From: a virus
Taxonomy: Duplodnaviria > Caudoviricetes
Virus record (IMG/VR): IMGVR_UViG_3300024262_000150
Coordinates: 1-32,000 of that record
Reading direction: 5' to 3' (one strand)
DNA: 32,000 nucleotides
Below the pieces are notes generated by a model that saw nothing but the letters and a program-made list of their open reading frames with translations, was not told the origin of the DNA and did no database searches. This document shows, in pieces, positions 1-7,228 of this stretch (its first letter is position 1; each line of letters begins with the position of its first letter). The position numbers were made by a program, and so were the translations under genes.

Positions 1-2
1 CG

Positions 3-473
3 ACAGGAACGGCAATCAAAGGATATGCGGAATCAGTAACAGCCAAAGGCGAAAGAAATGACTGCGTTGTTAGAGCATTTGCGTCCTCATTTGAAGTATC
101 TTATGATTATGCCCACAGGTATGTTGCCGATGAATTTGGAAGAAAACCAAGAAATGGTACATACGGAACGGTATCTAAACTTGTAAAAATGTCCGACAGT
201 TTGTTTAAGGTTAACGGTAAAAAAGTTTGTCCTGTTGGGGTAAGACATAATGATCAGATGTTAAGATCATTAATGTATAATGTGACAGTTAAAGGTGAGA
301 CAAAGAAAAGAAACATGACTGTGGGTACATTTGTTAAACAAAACCCAAAAGGCACATTCTTTGTTCTTGTTAACCGACATGCGTTTACAATCAAAGATGG
401 TGTTGTAATTGGAAATCCTGAAGATGCCACCAAAACTAAAAAAATCATGAGATGTGCATTCAAGATAAAATAA
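3..473 (+). CDS. Hypothetical phage protein (NDCVVRA motif), 5' end outside the window
   Basis: The frame is open from base 3 (TGTAIKGYAES...NDCVVRAFASSF...) through the track ORF to TAA at 473, so the ATG at 189 is internal. Confidence 0.75.
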   Translation, partial: TGTAIKGYAESVTAKGERNDCVVRAFASSFEVSYDYAHRYVADEFGRKPRNGTYGTVSKLVKMSDSLFKVNGKKVCPVGVRHNDQMLRSLMYNVTVKGETKKRNMTVGTFVKQNPKGTFFVLVNRHAFTIKDGVVIGNPEDATKTKKIMRCAFKIK

Positions 474-496
474 ATTAAAAAATATTTTATAAATTG

Positions 497-528
497 TTTG
501 GCAAATCAAAAGTGATTACATATCTTTG
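497..528 (+). promoter_or_regulatory. Bacteroidota sigma-A type promoter
   Basis: TTTG (497-500), 20-nt spacer, TATCTTTG (521-528) fit the -33/-7 consensus TTTG..TAnnTTTG. Confidence 0.75.
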
Positions 529-532
529 TGAT

Positions 533-733
533 ATGGAAATAACGATTAACATACCCGATGGAGTTCTGAATAGATTGAAAGAACTTGAAATTACAGACGA
601 AAATATTCAAAAAGAAGTTCTAATTGATTTTATAAAAGATTCTTTGGATACAGATTACTTAAACGGGATGTCTAATAAATTCAGAAAATGGACATTAAAT
701 AAAGAAAATATTGAAGTTTATTTGGCAGATTGA
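533..733 (+). CDS. Hypothetical protein
   Basis: ATG at 533 (MEITINIPDG...) lies just after the promoter and is preferred over the track TTG start at 494. Confidence 0.7.
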   Translation: MEITINIPDGVLNRLKELEITDENIQKEVLIDFIKDSLDTDYLNGMSNKFRKWTLNKENIEVYLAD

Positions 734-821
734 AATAAAATTAATAGATTTGTAAGACAAACGGGGGTAGGAAGTAAGAGCTTGGTGTCCTACTCCCGTA
801 AAAAGAAAAAGTTCTTTGAAA
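721..821 (+). promoter_or_regulatory. Promoter, hairpin and boxA-like element leading the tRNA cluster
   Basis: TTTG (721), TAGATTTG (745-752), hairpin ACGGGGGTAGGA/TCCTACTCCCGT (761-799), then GTTCTTTGAAA (811-821). Confidence 0.65.
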
Positions 822-928
822 TTAAAATATTGTGTGAAGTAAGAAACGGGAAACTTGTAAAGTACATTAACCTGTTGACATAAGATGGTGAGACAAGAGT
901 GTGTGTCAACTATGAATCACAAATAAAT

Positions 929-1002
929 GGTGACTATAGCTCAGTTGGTAGAGCAAAGGTTTGTGGTACCTTGTGCCATGGGTTCAATTCCCATTAGTTA
1001 CC
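929..1002 (+). tRNA. tRNA-His(GTG) with encoded G-1
   Basis: Acceptor GTGACTA/TAGTTAC plus G-1:C73; D arm GCTC/GAGC; anticodon stem AAGGT/ACCTT with loop TTGTGGT; T arm ATGGG-TTCAATT-CCCAT. Confidence 0.93.
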
Positions 1003-1014
1003 CAAAAAAAATAT

Positions 1015-1091
1015 AGTTAATTAGCTCAGTTGGTTAGAGCATTGGTTTCCAAAACCAAGTGTCGGAGGTTCAACCCCTTCCTGGAGTGCCA
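1015..1091 (+). tRNA. tRNA-Trp(CCA) with a mismatched acceptor stem (possible pseudo-tRNA or chimera)
   Basis: The D, anticodon (TTGGT-TTCCAAA-ACCAA) and T arms are intact, with G73 and CCA. Acceptor strands AGTTAAT and CTGGAGT have 3 mismatches. Confidence 0.7.
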
Positions 1092-1171
1092 ATAATGGAA
1101 TGGTTGACAAGAATTATTTAAATACCTTGATATTTATATATAACAATAAATGTAATATAAAGTATAAAGAT

Positions 1172-1750
1172 ATGTGTGAAGAAATATTAACTTTGAGGAG
1201 AGAAGGAAATTCGTTAGGTGAAATATCAAAAAAGCTTAATAAGCCAAAATCAACAATAAGTACTATTTGTAAAAGGTACGGTTTAGTTGGTAGGTCTGAC
1301 GGTAAAATTGAATTCCCTAAACACATGATTAGGGAGTTGAATGATTATTATAGAACTCACACAACAAAAGAAACCTCCAAATTTTTTGGAATAAGTGTGT
1401 CGGTTGTAAAATATCATGTGGATAAAAAAAGAATTATTCTAACTGACGAAAATCGCAAATTGAATAATTACAAACATGTTAAAAACTTCAGACAAAAAAA
1501 TAAAGAAAGGGCGGTTGATTACAAAGGGGGTAAATGTGATAGATGTGGTTATAATAAGTGTATAATCGCATTAGAATTTCACCATACAGATCCAAAAGAA
1601 AAAGATTTTCATATATCAAGTAATATGAATAAATCTTGGGATAAAGTAAAAAAAGAATTAGATAAATGTATTTTAGTTTGTTCAAACTGTCATAGAGAAA
1701 TACATTATGGTTTATTTTACGATAATACGGTACATATACCCTCCGCCTGA
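1172..1750 (+). CDS. HNH homing endonuclease with N-terminal HTH repeats
   Basis: C-terminal GGKCDRCGY...LEFHH...CILVCSNCHREIH and an HTH-like segment SLGEISKKLNKPKSTISTIC. Start is probably ATG 1172; the track gives 1100. Confidence 0.85.
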   Translation: MCEEILTLRREGNSLGEISKKLNKPKSTISTICKRYGLVGRSDGKIEFPKHMIRELNDYYRTHTTKETSKFFGISVSVVKYHVDKKRIILTDENRKLNNYKHVKNFRQKNKERAVDYKGGKCDRCGYNKCIIALEFHHTDPKEKDFHISSNMNKSWDKVKKELDKCILVCSNCHREIHYGLFYDNTVHIPSA

Positions 1751-1804
1751 TACGCGGTTGAAAGGTTAATTGGTTCCATGTAGGTTCGATTCCTACTGTA
1801 CCGA
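1728..1804 (+). tRNA. Non-canonical tRNA-like RNA with a GAT (Ile) anticodon loop and no D arm
   Basis: Perfect acceptor CGGTACA/TGTACCG, T arm GTAGG-TTCGATT-CCTAC and stem-loop CCGC-CTGATAC-GCGG. There is an 8-nt 5' linker and a 22-nt 3' linker. Confidence 0.7.
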
Positions 1805-1809
1805 CAAAT

Positions 1810-1963
1810 AGTCAGGTGGTGGAATGTTAGACACATAGTGACACGCACGGCAACCTTGAATAAGTGCACTTTGAAAAGGCAATGCGAATGATGAAGAACA
1901 CTACCTCACTGTGCGTAGGTAAAATTCAAAGTGTTCATGCAGGTTAGAATCCTGTCCTGACTA
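1810..1963 (+). ncRNA. tRNA-like RNA with a ~104-nt structured insert replacing the anticodon and variable arms
   Basis: Acceptor AGTCAGG/CCTGACT, D arm GTG-GAATGTTAGA-CAC, T arm GCAGG-TTAGAAT-CCTGT, and internal helices in the insert. Confidence 0.7.
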
Positions 1964-1965
1964 CA

Positions 1966-2029
1966 AAGGGGTAGAATATTAGTAAGGGCCTTTCCTGAAA
2001 GATGGCTAGTTAGGCCCGTGTCTACCCTT
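1966..2029 (+). ncRNA. Structured spacer (long interrupted hairpin)
   Basis: Nested pairings GGGTAGA/TCTACCC and GGGCCT/AGGCCC. Confidence 0.4.
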
Positions 2030-2035
2030 ATTTTT

Positions 2036-2107
2036 GGCCCGGTCTTCTAATGGCTAGGAAATCCGGTTTTCATCCGGGCAATCGGGTTTCGACTACCCGT
2101 CGGGCTA
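2036..2107 (+). tRNA. tRNA-Glu(TTC)
   Basis: Acceptor GGCCCGG/TCGGGCT, anticodon arm TCCGG-TTTTCAT-CCGGG, T arm CGGGT-TTCGACT-ACCCG. Confidence 0.9.
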
Positions 2108-2108
2108 C

Positions 2109-2272
2109 GACACATAAACTTCAGTACCCATACCGCTGACGATGGGCTAAGTAAGATACAATTCCGTACTGCGGGGAGTAGAATGTTGAAGAGTGTGTTT
2201 ATAGCTAACCAAGCTTTACTACGATACGGGTTCATACCTGTGGGTTAGGGGTGACGATCAGGAAAGACTGAT
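2109..2272 (+). ncRNA. Unassigned structured RNA(s) between tRNA-Glu and tRNA-Asp
   Basis: GC-rich, with helices CAGTAC/GTACTG, CCCAT/ATGGG, CTTCA/TGAAG, CTAACC/GGTTAG, TACGGGT/ACCTGTG and ATCAG/CTGAT. Confidence 0.45.
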
Positions 2273-2277
2273 AACTT

Positions 2278-2348
2278 GGTCTATTGGTGTAATAGTAACA
2301 TTTGTCCCTGTCACGGACAAGCCCTCGGAGCATAACCGGGATGGACCG
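2278..2348 (+). tRNA. tRNA-Asp(GTC) with an atypical T loop
   Basis: Acceptor GGTCTAT/ATGGACC, G73, anticodon arm TGTCC-CTGTCAC-GGACA, T arm CTCGG-AGCATAA-CCGGG. Confidence 0.85.
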
Positions 2349-2424
2349 CAAAAATAAACATATTAGTAAAATAATTATGTGATAAGTGATAGTTTTAGGG
2401 TTCGAGTATATATTTATATAATAT

Positions 2425-3051
2425 ATGAAATGTAAAAAATGTACTAATGAATTTGAACCAAAAAAAGGATTAAAATCTTATTGTTCTTTACATTGTAGAA
2501 ATAGTCGAGAATGGAGTGATGAAGATAAGTTAAAAAAATCTTTGTCCGCAAAAAACTCAGATAAAGTTAAAAAGGCGAACATCGAGATCGGCAAATTAAA
2601 AAAAAGTAATCCGACAATAACAATATGTTTAAAGTGTGGTGAAAATATTATATCTTACAGACGAAGAAACAATAAATACCATAACGAATGTTGGTTGAAG
2701 TGTTCTGGAGGGTTTAGAGAAAACTCAACTAAAAAATATTCATCATATTATAAAGGATATAAAATGGATTCTAATTCTGAAAAAGAATTTGCTATTTTAT
2801 GTGATAAAGAAAATATTAAATGGATTAAAAATAATGGTGAGTATTTTTTTGAATACCTTGGGACTGATTTAAAAAATCATAAATACTATCCTGATTTTTA
2901 TTTAGAAGAATTTGATTATTGGGTTGAAATTAAAGGTAAATTATATGCGGATAAAGACTGTAATTTAAAAAATAAATTATCATCTGTAAAAAATATTTTC
3001 TTACTTTATTCTAAAGAAATTAAGAAATTTAATTTTGATGAATTAAAATAA
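2425..3051 (+). CDS. Putative free-standing endonuclease (Cys-rich zinc motifs plus PD-(D/E)XK domain)
   Basis: CKKC...YCSLHC and CLKC motifs; C-terminal DSNSEKEFA...YYPDFYL...WVEIKG. Confidence 0.8.
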   Translation: MKCKKCTNEFEPKKGLKSYCSLHCRNSREWSDEDKLKKSLSAKNSDKVKKANIEIGKLKKSNPTITICLKCGENIISYRRRNNKYHNECWLKCSGGFRENSTKKYSSYYKGYKMDSNSEKEFAILCDKENIKWIKNNGEYFFEYLGTDLKNHKYYPDFYLEEFDYWVEIKGKLYADKDCNLKNKLSSVKNIFLLYSKEIKKFNFDELK

Positions 3052-3069
3052 AATACTTATATTTGTATT

Positions 3070-3339
3070 ATGAAAAAATTTGAAGATTTAAAGTTTGAAA
3101 AAATTGAAGACGCACCATTCCAAATTGGTGTGAAGTGTCGAATGATGTTTGAAAATGGATACGGTGTGTCTGTTGTTTCTCACACACATTCATATGGTGG
3201 TAAAGATGGTTTATTTGAAATTGCCGTTTTGGGTAAAGATGGTGATTTAACTTACGATACTCCTGTAACGAGTGATGTTATTGGATATTTAAATCAAGAA
3301 GAAGTTACAGAAATCATGGATCAAGTGCAGTCTTTATAA
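3070..3339 (+). CDS. Hypothetical phage protein
   Basis: Clean ORF (FENGYGVSVV..SYGG..GLFEIAVL) with a TATATTTG box at 3058-3065. Confidence 0.8.
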   Translation: MKKFEDLKFEKIEDAPFQIGVKCRMMFENGYGVSVVSHTHSYGGKDGLFEIAVLGKDGDLTYDTPVTSDVIGYLNQEEVTEIMDQVQSL

Positions 3340-3362
3340 AAAAAATTGTTTATATTTGTACT

Positions 3363-3641
3363 ATGACTGACGAACAACGAAAAGCTTTAGATAACATTAT
3401 GGATTGGTTTGACTTTGAAAAGGTTCACAAAACCATGAGATCTTTACGATGGGAGTGGTTGGGTACTGTAGAGGGAATACCTTGTTTAGGTGAGATTAAA
3501 GAAAGAGCAAGAGAGTTATTGACCAATTCTATTGAACAAGAAACAAGTGTTGGATCTGGAGGTTTTCAAGTAACCTACATTCCAGTAGAAGGATTTTTAA
3601 AACTTGAATTTGTAGTGTCCGAATGGGACTCTTTAATGTAA
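3363..3641 (+). CDS. Hypothetical phage protein
   Basis: Clean ORF with a TATATTTG box at 3351-3358. Confidence 0.8.
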   Translation: MTDEQRKALDNIMDWFDFEKVHKTMRSLRWEWLGTVEGIPCLGEIKERARELLTNSIEQETSVGSGGFQVTYIPVEGFLKLEFVVSEWDSLM

Positions 3642-3678
3642 AAATGTATAATTGTTTAACTAATAAAAAAAAAGAAAA

Positions 3679-3909
3679 ATGAGTAAAGGACAAACTAAGG
3701 GGCGTTACATTTGTAAAATAGGTTTTTACGATATCTACGCAAAAGACACAATGAAAAAAAGTACGGAAAGAGGTGGTAAACTAAAAGTTTCCGCAACTGA
3801 TTATCAAATCTATCATTCAAAAAATTTGAAGGAGAAAGGGTTTAAAACCAAAGATCTTGCGGTTACTAAGGCCACTGAGATGATGAATAAACACATGGTT
3901 AAGGCCTAA
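3679..3909 (+). CDS. Small basic hypothetical protein
   Basis: 76-aa Lys-rich ORF after an A-rich leader. Confidence 0.7.
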   Translation: MSKGQTKGRYICKIGFYDIYAKDTMKKSTERGGKLKVSATDYQIYHSKNLKEKGFKTKDLAVTKATEMMNKHMVKA

Positions 3910-3917
3910 TCTAATCG

Positions 3918-3991
3918 GGTCTTTTAACTTAGTTTGTTAGAGTGATACACTCATAATGTTGAAGTCTTTGGTTCGAGACCATAATGGACCA
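3918..3991 (+). pseudogene. Degenerate tRNA with CAT anticodon (Met or Ile2)
   Basis: Cloverleaf with loop CTCATAA and T loop TTCGAGA, but mismatches in the acceptor (1), anticodon (2) and T (1) stems and no GG in the D loop. Confidence 0.65.
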
Positions 3992-4006
3992 CTAATTTAA
4001 AAAAAT

Positions 4007-4225
4007 ATGTTTAAAATAAAAAACCTTTTAGTCACTTTAGTGGCATCTATAATTGTCATGTTTGGATGTATCCTTATGTGGCTTTTCATCTCTAACGAAA
4101 CATCGGTAGTTTCAATTCTTTATGGTACAATTGCTATGTTCTTACTTTTTGGAGCCATAGAATTTTGGGAGAAAAAACTTAAAGAATGGTTTAAAATGGA
4201 AGACCGCAAAAAAAATATTAATTAA
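4007..4225 (+). CDS. Small membrane protein with two transmembrane segments
   Basis: Two hydrophobic segments and a basic C-terminal tail. Confidence 0.75.
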   Translation: MFKIKNLLVTLVASIIVMFGCILMWLFISNETSVVSILYGTIAMFLLFGAIEFWEKKLKEWFKMEDRKKNIN

Positions 4226-4238
4226 ACCTCTTGGTTTG

Positions 4239-4281
4239 AAAAAAAGGTGGGTGTTATTACTAATTGGTACCCACTTTTTTT
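4239..4281. terminator. Intrinsic terminator, probably bidirectional
   Basis: A-tract, stem GGTGGGTG/TACCCACT, then T-tract. Confidence 0.75.
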
Positions 4282-4313
4282 ATTTTTATTTCGTTTATAT
4301 ATAAAAATCATTT

Positions 4314-4403
4314 ATGAATATCCCTGTTATAGTCGCTGTTGCGATTCCTGTTTTTATGGTTATTTATGTTATCTATTCTTTTCTAACATATAAAAACAAA
4401 TAA
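4314..4403 (+). CDS. 29-aa single-transmembrane peptide
   Basis: Read manually as MNIPVIVAVAIPVFMVIYVIYSFLTYKNK; shorter than anything in the ORF track. Confidence 0.5.
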   Translation: MNIPVIVAVAIPVFMVIYVIYSFLTYKNK

Positions 4404-4449
4404 TTTACAACCATTTCTTTTATTATATCTATTTATATATTAAAACAGT

Positions 4450-6012
4450 ATGGGTTGTTGTAATCGTAAACTTGTTATTACCGAACAAGAAAAGTTGGAA
4501 ATAATGTCTATGTATGGTATTCTTCTTGAGGGAGAACTTCCTGGTGGCGGATACGAAATAGATTTTTCAAACACTTTTAAATCAGGTTATCATAGTGCTA
4601 AATATATTAACAAGACACTTCTATTAGAAGAATTAACAGCAGCAAAAACTTGGTTGTCAAGTCAATTAAAAGGTGACAAAGGTAAACTTGTATTTGTTAA
4701 AATATTGGCAAGTGAGTCAAGAGTACCAAACGCGGATGCTGAAAATGGAGGCGTGGTTTTAGCTGAATACGAATTATCAAATAAGAGAGCCGTAGCCGTT
4801 AACAATTTTTTAAGTAACATTTTTGATGGTTGGATTAAAGAAGGTTTAATTGGTGGAAAACCAATATTTGCATTTCCTGAACCAACAATAGGCGGGCCTA
4901 ATTGGTGTCCTTCATATACTAAAGATGAAACTTGTGTTGAAAAAACTGATAAAAACACTGATTCTAAATTTACTGAACACCAATATGTTAGAGTACAATT
5001 TTTAATTGATACTCCAGGGATGTCGGAAAAATGTGTTGATGGTTTATCAATTACGGTAAGTTATAATAAGGATAAGAATCCTTCATTCCCATGTAGAGGA
5101 GGTCACCAATGTGATGAAGCAGACTTTACTGTGGTATTAAACAAAGTTCCAATTGGTTCTGTTAGTTTAAATAACGCTAAAGATGGTGGTAGTAGAACTG
5201 GAACTGTTACCGTAAATCCGCAACAAGCAAAAAAAATTGCAGCAACAAACGCCAAAAAAGTTGAGGTTTATTTGCAGTGTAAATACGCAGCATGTCACTC
5301 TGCGACACCTGAAATTTCTATCTCCAAAAACAAATTTATTTTACCTGGTTTCCCAAGATGCGTACCATCTATCTCAGAAAGAGATGATTTTACAATGAAA
5401 CATATTTTAACTTTAGATATATGTGGAAATGTTACTCAACAAAATAACAATCAAAAAGCAATTTTACCTGACGAACAATTTATTAAAAAACCAACAGATC
5501 TAAAAGATGGTTATTTGTATTATAATGAGGACACAAAACAATTTGAATTTAGTGAATCTTCTTTGTCTCAATTTGATATGGCTTATGTTGATAAAAAAAC
5601 GGGACTTGTTCAAGGGAAGAATGCAGATATTGGATCACAAAATATGCCTATTTACACAATAAGGTGGCAACTATATGGAAGTGATGATTATGGTGATGAT
5701 AAGGTTAGTCCCGCCAAAATATATCAACAAGGTTGTAGTTCTTCTGACAAAGCAAACTACGGTAACTACTGTATTTGGTCTGGACCTAAATTTGTTTATA
5801 AGACGGTTAATAGAGCTATTTACCCACCTTATAATAATCTAATAAAAGTTGAAAAATGGAATTTTGGTGCAAATACTGGAGAAGTTTTAACTATATATGA
5901 TCAAATAGAACGTTACGGTCCTAATGGATTTATGTACAACTATAGTGGACCAGGAATTAGTTCAAAACTGTACGATGCCGCAGGTAATAAAATTGAAGAT
6001 CCAGATTCTTAA
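4450..6012 (+). CDS. Large hypothetical, likely virion-associated protein with an OmpA-C-like segment
   Basis: 520-aa ORF; ASES...ELSNKRAVAVNNFL resembles the OmpA-like LSxxRAxAV motif; TATTTAT at 4430. Confidence 0.6.
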   Translation: MGCCNRKLVITEQEKLEIMSMYGILLEGELPGGGYEIDFSNTFKSGYHSAKYINKTLLLEELTAAKTWLSSQLKGDKGKLVFVKILASESRVPNADAENGGVVLAEYELSNKRAVAVNNFLSNIFDGWIKEGLIGGKPIFAFPEPTIGGPNWCPSYTKDETCVEKTDKNTDSKFTEHQYVRVQFLIDTPGMSEKCVDGLSITVSYNKDKNPSFPCRGGHQCDEADFTVVLNKVPIGSVSLNNAKDGGSRTGTVTVNPQQAKKIAATNAKKVEVYLQCKYAACHSATPEISISKNKFILPGFPRCVPSISERDDFTMKHILTLDICGNVTQQNNNQKAILPDEQFIKKPTDLKDGYLYYNEDTKQFEFSESSLSQFDMAYVDKKTGLVQGKNADIGSQNMPIYTIRWQLYGSDDYGDDKVSPAKIYQQGCSSSDKANYGNYCIWSGPKFVYKTVNRAIYPPYNNLIKVEKWNFGANTGEVLTIYDQIERYGPNGFMYNYSGPGISSKLYDAAGNKIEDPDS

Positions 6013-6015
6013 ATA

Positions 6016-6225
6016 TTAATTATGAGTAGTGTCCGTAGTAATCATTAAGACAGATTCTTTATCTTCCTTAGATAATTTTCTAAATTCTCGTCTAATTACT
6101 TTTTTTGCAATACGGTCAGATTTTCTTTTTGTGATGAAAGTACCGTCATTTAATTCATACATTTCAACATTTTTACAAGAAAATAAAATTGTCGATAACA
6201 ATACAATAGAAAGGAATTTTTTCAT
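6016..6225 (-). CDS. Small lipoprotein
   Basis: Signal peptide and lipobox MKKFLSIVLLSTILFS-C; minus-strand TATATTTG promoter box at 6248-6255. Confidence 0.8.
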   Translation of the reverse strand: MKKFLSIVLLSTILFSCKNVEMYELNDGTFITKRKSDRIAKKVIRREFRKLSKEDKESVLMITTDTTHN

Positions 6226-6332
6226 TTTTATGGTCTTTATATTTCTACAAATATAGTAAAATTATAAACCCAAACCAAATGTTACTGACATATTTATATA
6301 TTTATTATAAAATAAACATTAAATATTTTATT

Positions 6333-6506
6333 ATGAAATTAACAAAAGAACAATTATTGGGTATCGTTAGACATACGATTACATTTATTGGTGGTATCCT
6401 TGTTATGAAAGGAATCGTTGAAGATTCAATGATACAAGAAATCTTAGGTGGTGTTACCACTTTGGTAGGTACCATTTGGTCAATTGTTGTTAAAAACAAA
6501 AATTAA
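6333..6506 (+). CDS. Putative small holin (two transmembrane segments)
   Basis: MKLTKEQLLGIVRHTITFIGGILV...VGTIWSIVVKNKN. Start moved to ATG 6333. The holin call is inferred from size, topology and context. Confidence 0.6.
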   Translation: MKLTKEQLLGIVRHTITFIGGILVMKGIVEDSMIQEILGGVTTLVGTIWSIVVKNKN

Positions 6507-6526
6507 CTTTTATTATTTTTAAAATT

Positions 6527-6552
6527 AAAACCCACCAAAAGTGGGTTTTTTT
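6527..6552 (+). terminator. Intrinsic terminator
   Basis: AAAACCCAC-CAAAA-GTGGGTTTT followed by further T. Confidence 0.75.
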
Positions 6553-6580
6553 ACTAATCACTATATTTATCATTTAGGTT

Positions 6581-7192
6581 ATGGAAAATTATTTAGGTAT
6601 TATTGTGGCGTTTATAACAGGTGTTATTGGGCCAATATTAGTTGTTTACATTAAAAACAAAATAGAAGATAAAAAAATAAAACCAGATATGTTTAAAGAA
6701 ACTCTTAGAGTTAGTGAACTTGTTACCCACAAAATTGAAAGTATAAGAGAGGAATTTAATGCTGACCGTGTTTGGATAACACAATTCCACAATGGAGGAA
6801 ATTTTTATCCAACAGGTAAATCAATGGCAAAGTTTTCAATAATGTATGAAACAGTAAATACTGGAATACAATCAGTACAAAGTAATTTTAGTAATATACC
6901 TGTCAATTTATTTTCAAAATCAATCAATGAGTTATTATCTAATGATGTTATTCAAATATCTGATTATAAAGATGAAACTATAGCAACATTTGGATTGAAG
7001 TATATCGCCGAAGACACGGGATGTAAATCAGGTTATTTATTTGCAATTAAAACAATTGACGATAAATTTATTGGTTGTTTAGGATTGGATTTTACTAAAA
7101 GAAAGACGAAACTTGATCAAGATTCAATAAAAAATATTGAGGTTTATGCCACATCTCTTGGTGGAGTGTTAATGACACATTTAGAACAATAA
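6581..7192 (+). CDS. Membrane-anchored GAF-domain protein
   Basis: N-terminal transmembrane segment; NADRVWITQFHNG and CKSGYLFAIKT..KFIGCLGLDF are GAF-like. Confidence 0.7.
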   Translation: MENYLGIIVAFITGVIGPILVVYIKNKIEDKKIKPDMFKETLRVSELVTHKIESIREEFNADRVWITQFHNGGNFYPTGKSMAKFSIMYETVNTGIQSVQSNFSNIPVNLFSKSINELLSNDVIQISDYKDETIATFGLKYIAEDTGCKSGYLFAIKTIDDKFIGCLGLDFTKRKTKLDQDSIKNIEVYATSLGGVLMTHLEQ

Positions 7193-7228
7193 TTTTGTAA
7201 ATACAATTAAAGTTCATATCTTTATGGT

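Noticed and set aside
1966-2035. Theta/HDV-like ribozyme after the tRNA-like RNA
   Set aside because: No P1.1 GG after the P1 3' strand and no J4/2-P2 segment.
2136-2142. CTGACGA as a hammerhead ribozyme core
   Set aside because: No stem II followed by GAAA, and no matching stems I and III.
2047-2235. Minus-strand 62-aa ORF
   Set aside because: It is antisense to tRNA-Glu and the structured spacer.
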